A stretch of DNA of 64,000 bases from Haplodiscus bocki (lineage: Eukaryota): assembly GCA_965655095.1 (NCBI GenBank), contig OZ296655.1, positions 56,420,001-56,484,000 on the forward strand, in the 5' to 3' direction. Below, piece by piece: positions 62,969-64,000 of this stretch. Position 1 is the first letter of the stretch, and the number at the start of each line of letters is the position of its first letter. Below the pieces are notes generated by a model, which was given only the letters and a program-made list of their open reading frames with translations, searched no databases and had not been told where the DNA came from. A program made the translations under genes and the position numbers.

Positions 62969-63122
62969 TGTACTCAAATATTCTGTATACATACAATTAT
63001 AATATCATACTCTTATAAAATACTCATATACTAAATATCATACTCTTATACAAAAATGTATATGAGTACAGTTCTTATATGAATATAAATCTTATATGAG
63101 TACATTTCTTATATGATTATAA
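62969..63122. promoter_or_regulatory. Direct and inverted ATACTC(A/T)TATA repeats upstream of penton A
   Basis: tactcttata/tactcatata and inverted tatgagtaca copies. Confidence 0.45.
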
Positions 63123-63125
63123 TTT

Positions 63126-64000
63126 TTATATTTTAATTAGTTGACAAGTAAACGATATCGTTTCTCCATTAAAATCAACAGCTTTGTAATCGTCATCTTC
63201 AAAATAAAATGTGATATGAGATAAAACAGATTTATTTATTTTTTTAAAAAAGTTTAACTTTTTGTTCTTTGTAAATTTTATGACCAGGCGGTTGATCAAG
63301 AGCAAACGAATACAAAATTGGTTCTCGGACACCATTTACGATGCTGCCATCAACAACATTACATTTAAGATGATCTTTATCAATTCCTGTAATATTAATA
63401 GGTTTATCACTTATATATGATCCCGCAATCAATTGATAAAAACCTTCTATATCATCTAAAGGATAAGAATGAGATTGAGTAAAACCCAATATACTATAAA
63501 AGAAGCTTTTATTTGTGAATATTAACGTTTGATTAATTTTTAAATCGGTTTTATATTTTCTTTCATCTATAGTAATATCTATTTTTACGTTATTTGGTAG
63601 AATATTTTTTAAGGTTTTGTTTAAATCAACGACATTATATATGTTGGGTTCTATCGTATAACCCATTCTTTCTGTGGAAATATATTTCAAGTCTAATATA
63701 TCCATAACTTCATCATATGTTAATCGGAATCTATATACCAAATCTTCAAGATCATTGTATTTAGCATTTTTTAAATCTTCAAGTATTTCATCCTTAAACA
63801 TGTCAAGACTGGATAAAGAATAGTCATTTATTAAAATTAACCCTTTTTTTCTAACTTGTTCAACATTTAATTCAATACCGTTTTGAGACCTAAGCTCCAA
63901 TAATCTATTTAGTTCATCAATAGTTTCTTCATCAGATTTGTTTTGGTAATGACCTGGTATAATGATTGAAAACGAATTATTTTCATTAGTTATATTAAAA
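63126..64000 (-). pseudogene. Minor capsid (penton-like) protein B, 5' end beyond the window, +1 frameshift at ~63246-63251
   Basis: The frame is open to the window edge (FNITNENNSF...). HLKCNVVDGSIVNGVREPILYSFALDQPPGHKI...; an extra T in CTTTTTTAAAAAAA shifts to KKINKSVLSHITFYFEDD..VDFNGE. Paralogous to penton A. Confidence 0.8.

Larger units (their letters stand above)
50152..64000. mobile_element. Maverick/Polinton (adintovirus-like) endogenous dsDNA virus, left part; continues beyond the window
   Basis: Dense intronless AT-rich gene cluster: pPolB, rve integrase, DJR capsid, A32 ATPase and penton-like genes. AGTAGT terminus followed by a repeat-rich noncoding end region. Confidence 0.95.

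Overview
This is AT-rich, repeat-dense eukaryotic DNA, most likely from an invertebrate animal, with a 200-N scaffold gap at 46543-46742. Bases 1-50150 are mostly non-autonomous DNA transposons, decayed retroelements and simple repeats. They also hold the last two exons of a putative host gene encoding a GON-like domain (26624-26869 and 36400-36674, ~9.5 kb intron). A Helentron-type non-autonomous element (~15325-17244) carries five tRNA-Ile-derived copies. From 50152 to the window end lies the left part of an integrated Maverick/Polinton (adintovirus-like) dsDNA element. It has an AGTAGT terminus, protein-primed PolB, DDE integrase, double-jelly-roll major capsid, A32-type packaging ATPase, small virion/membrane proteins and two tandem penton-like genes. 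The standout is a ~345-aa intein with a LAGLIDADG homing endonuclease inserted in the catalytic motif C of the polymerase (YMD|TDS). From recall, it closely resembles the Mimivirus-type giant-virus PolB intein. In addition, 8 of 9 visible start codons in the element sit in a TAAATG context, like the poxvirus late initiator. This copy has four inactivating lesions (two frameshifts, two nonsense codons). All family assignments come from motif recognition by eye; no database searches were run.
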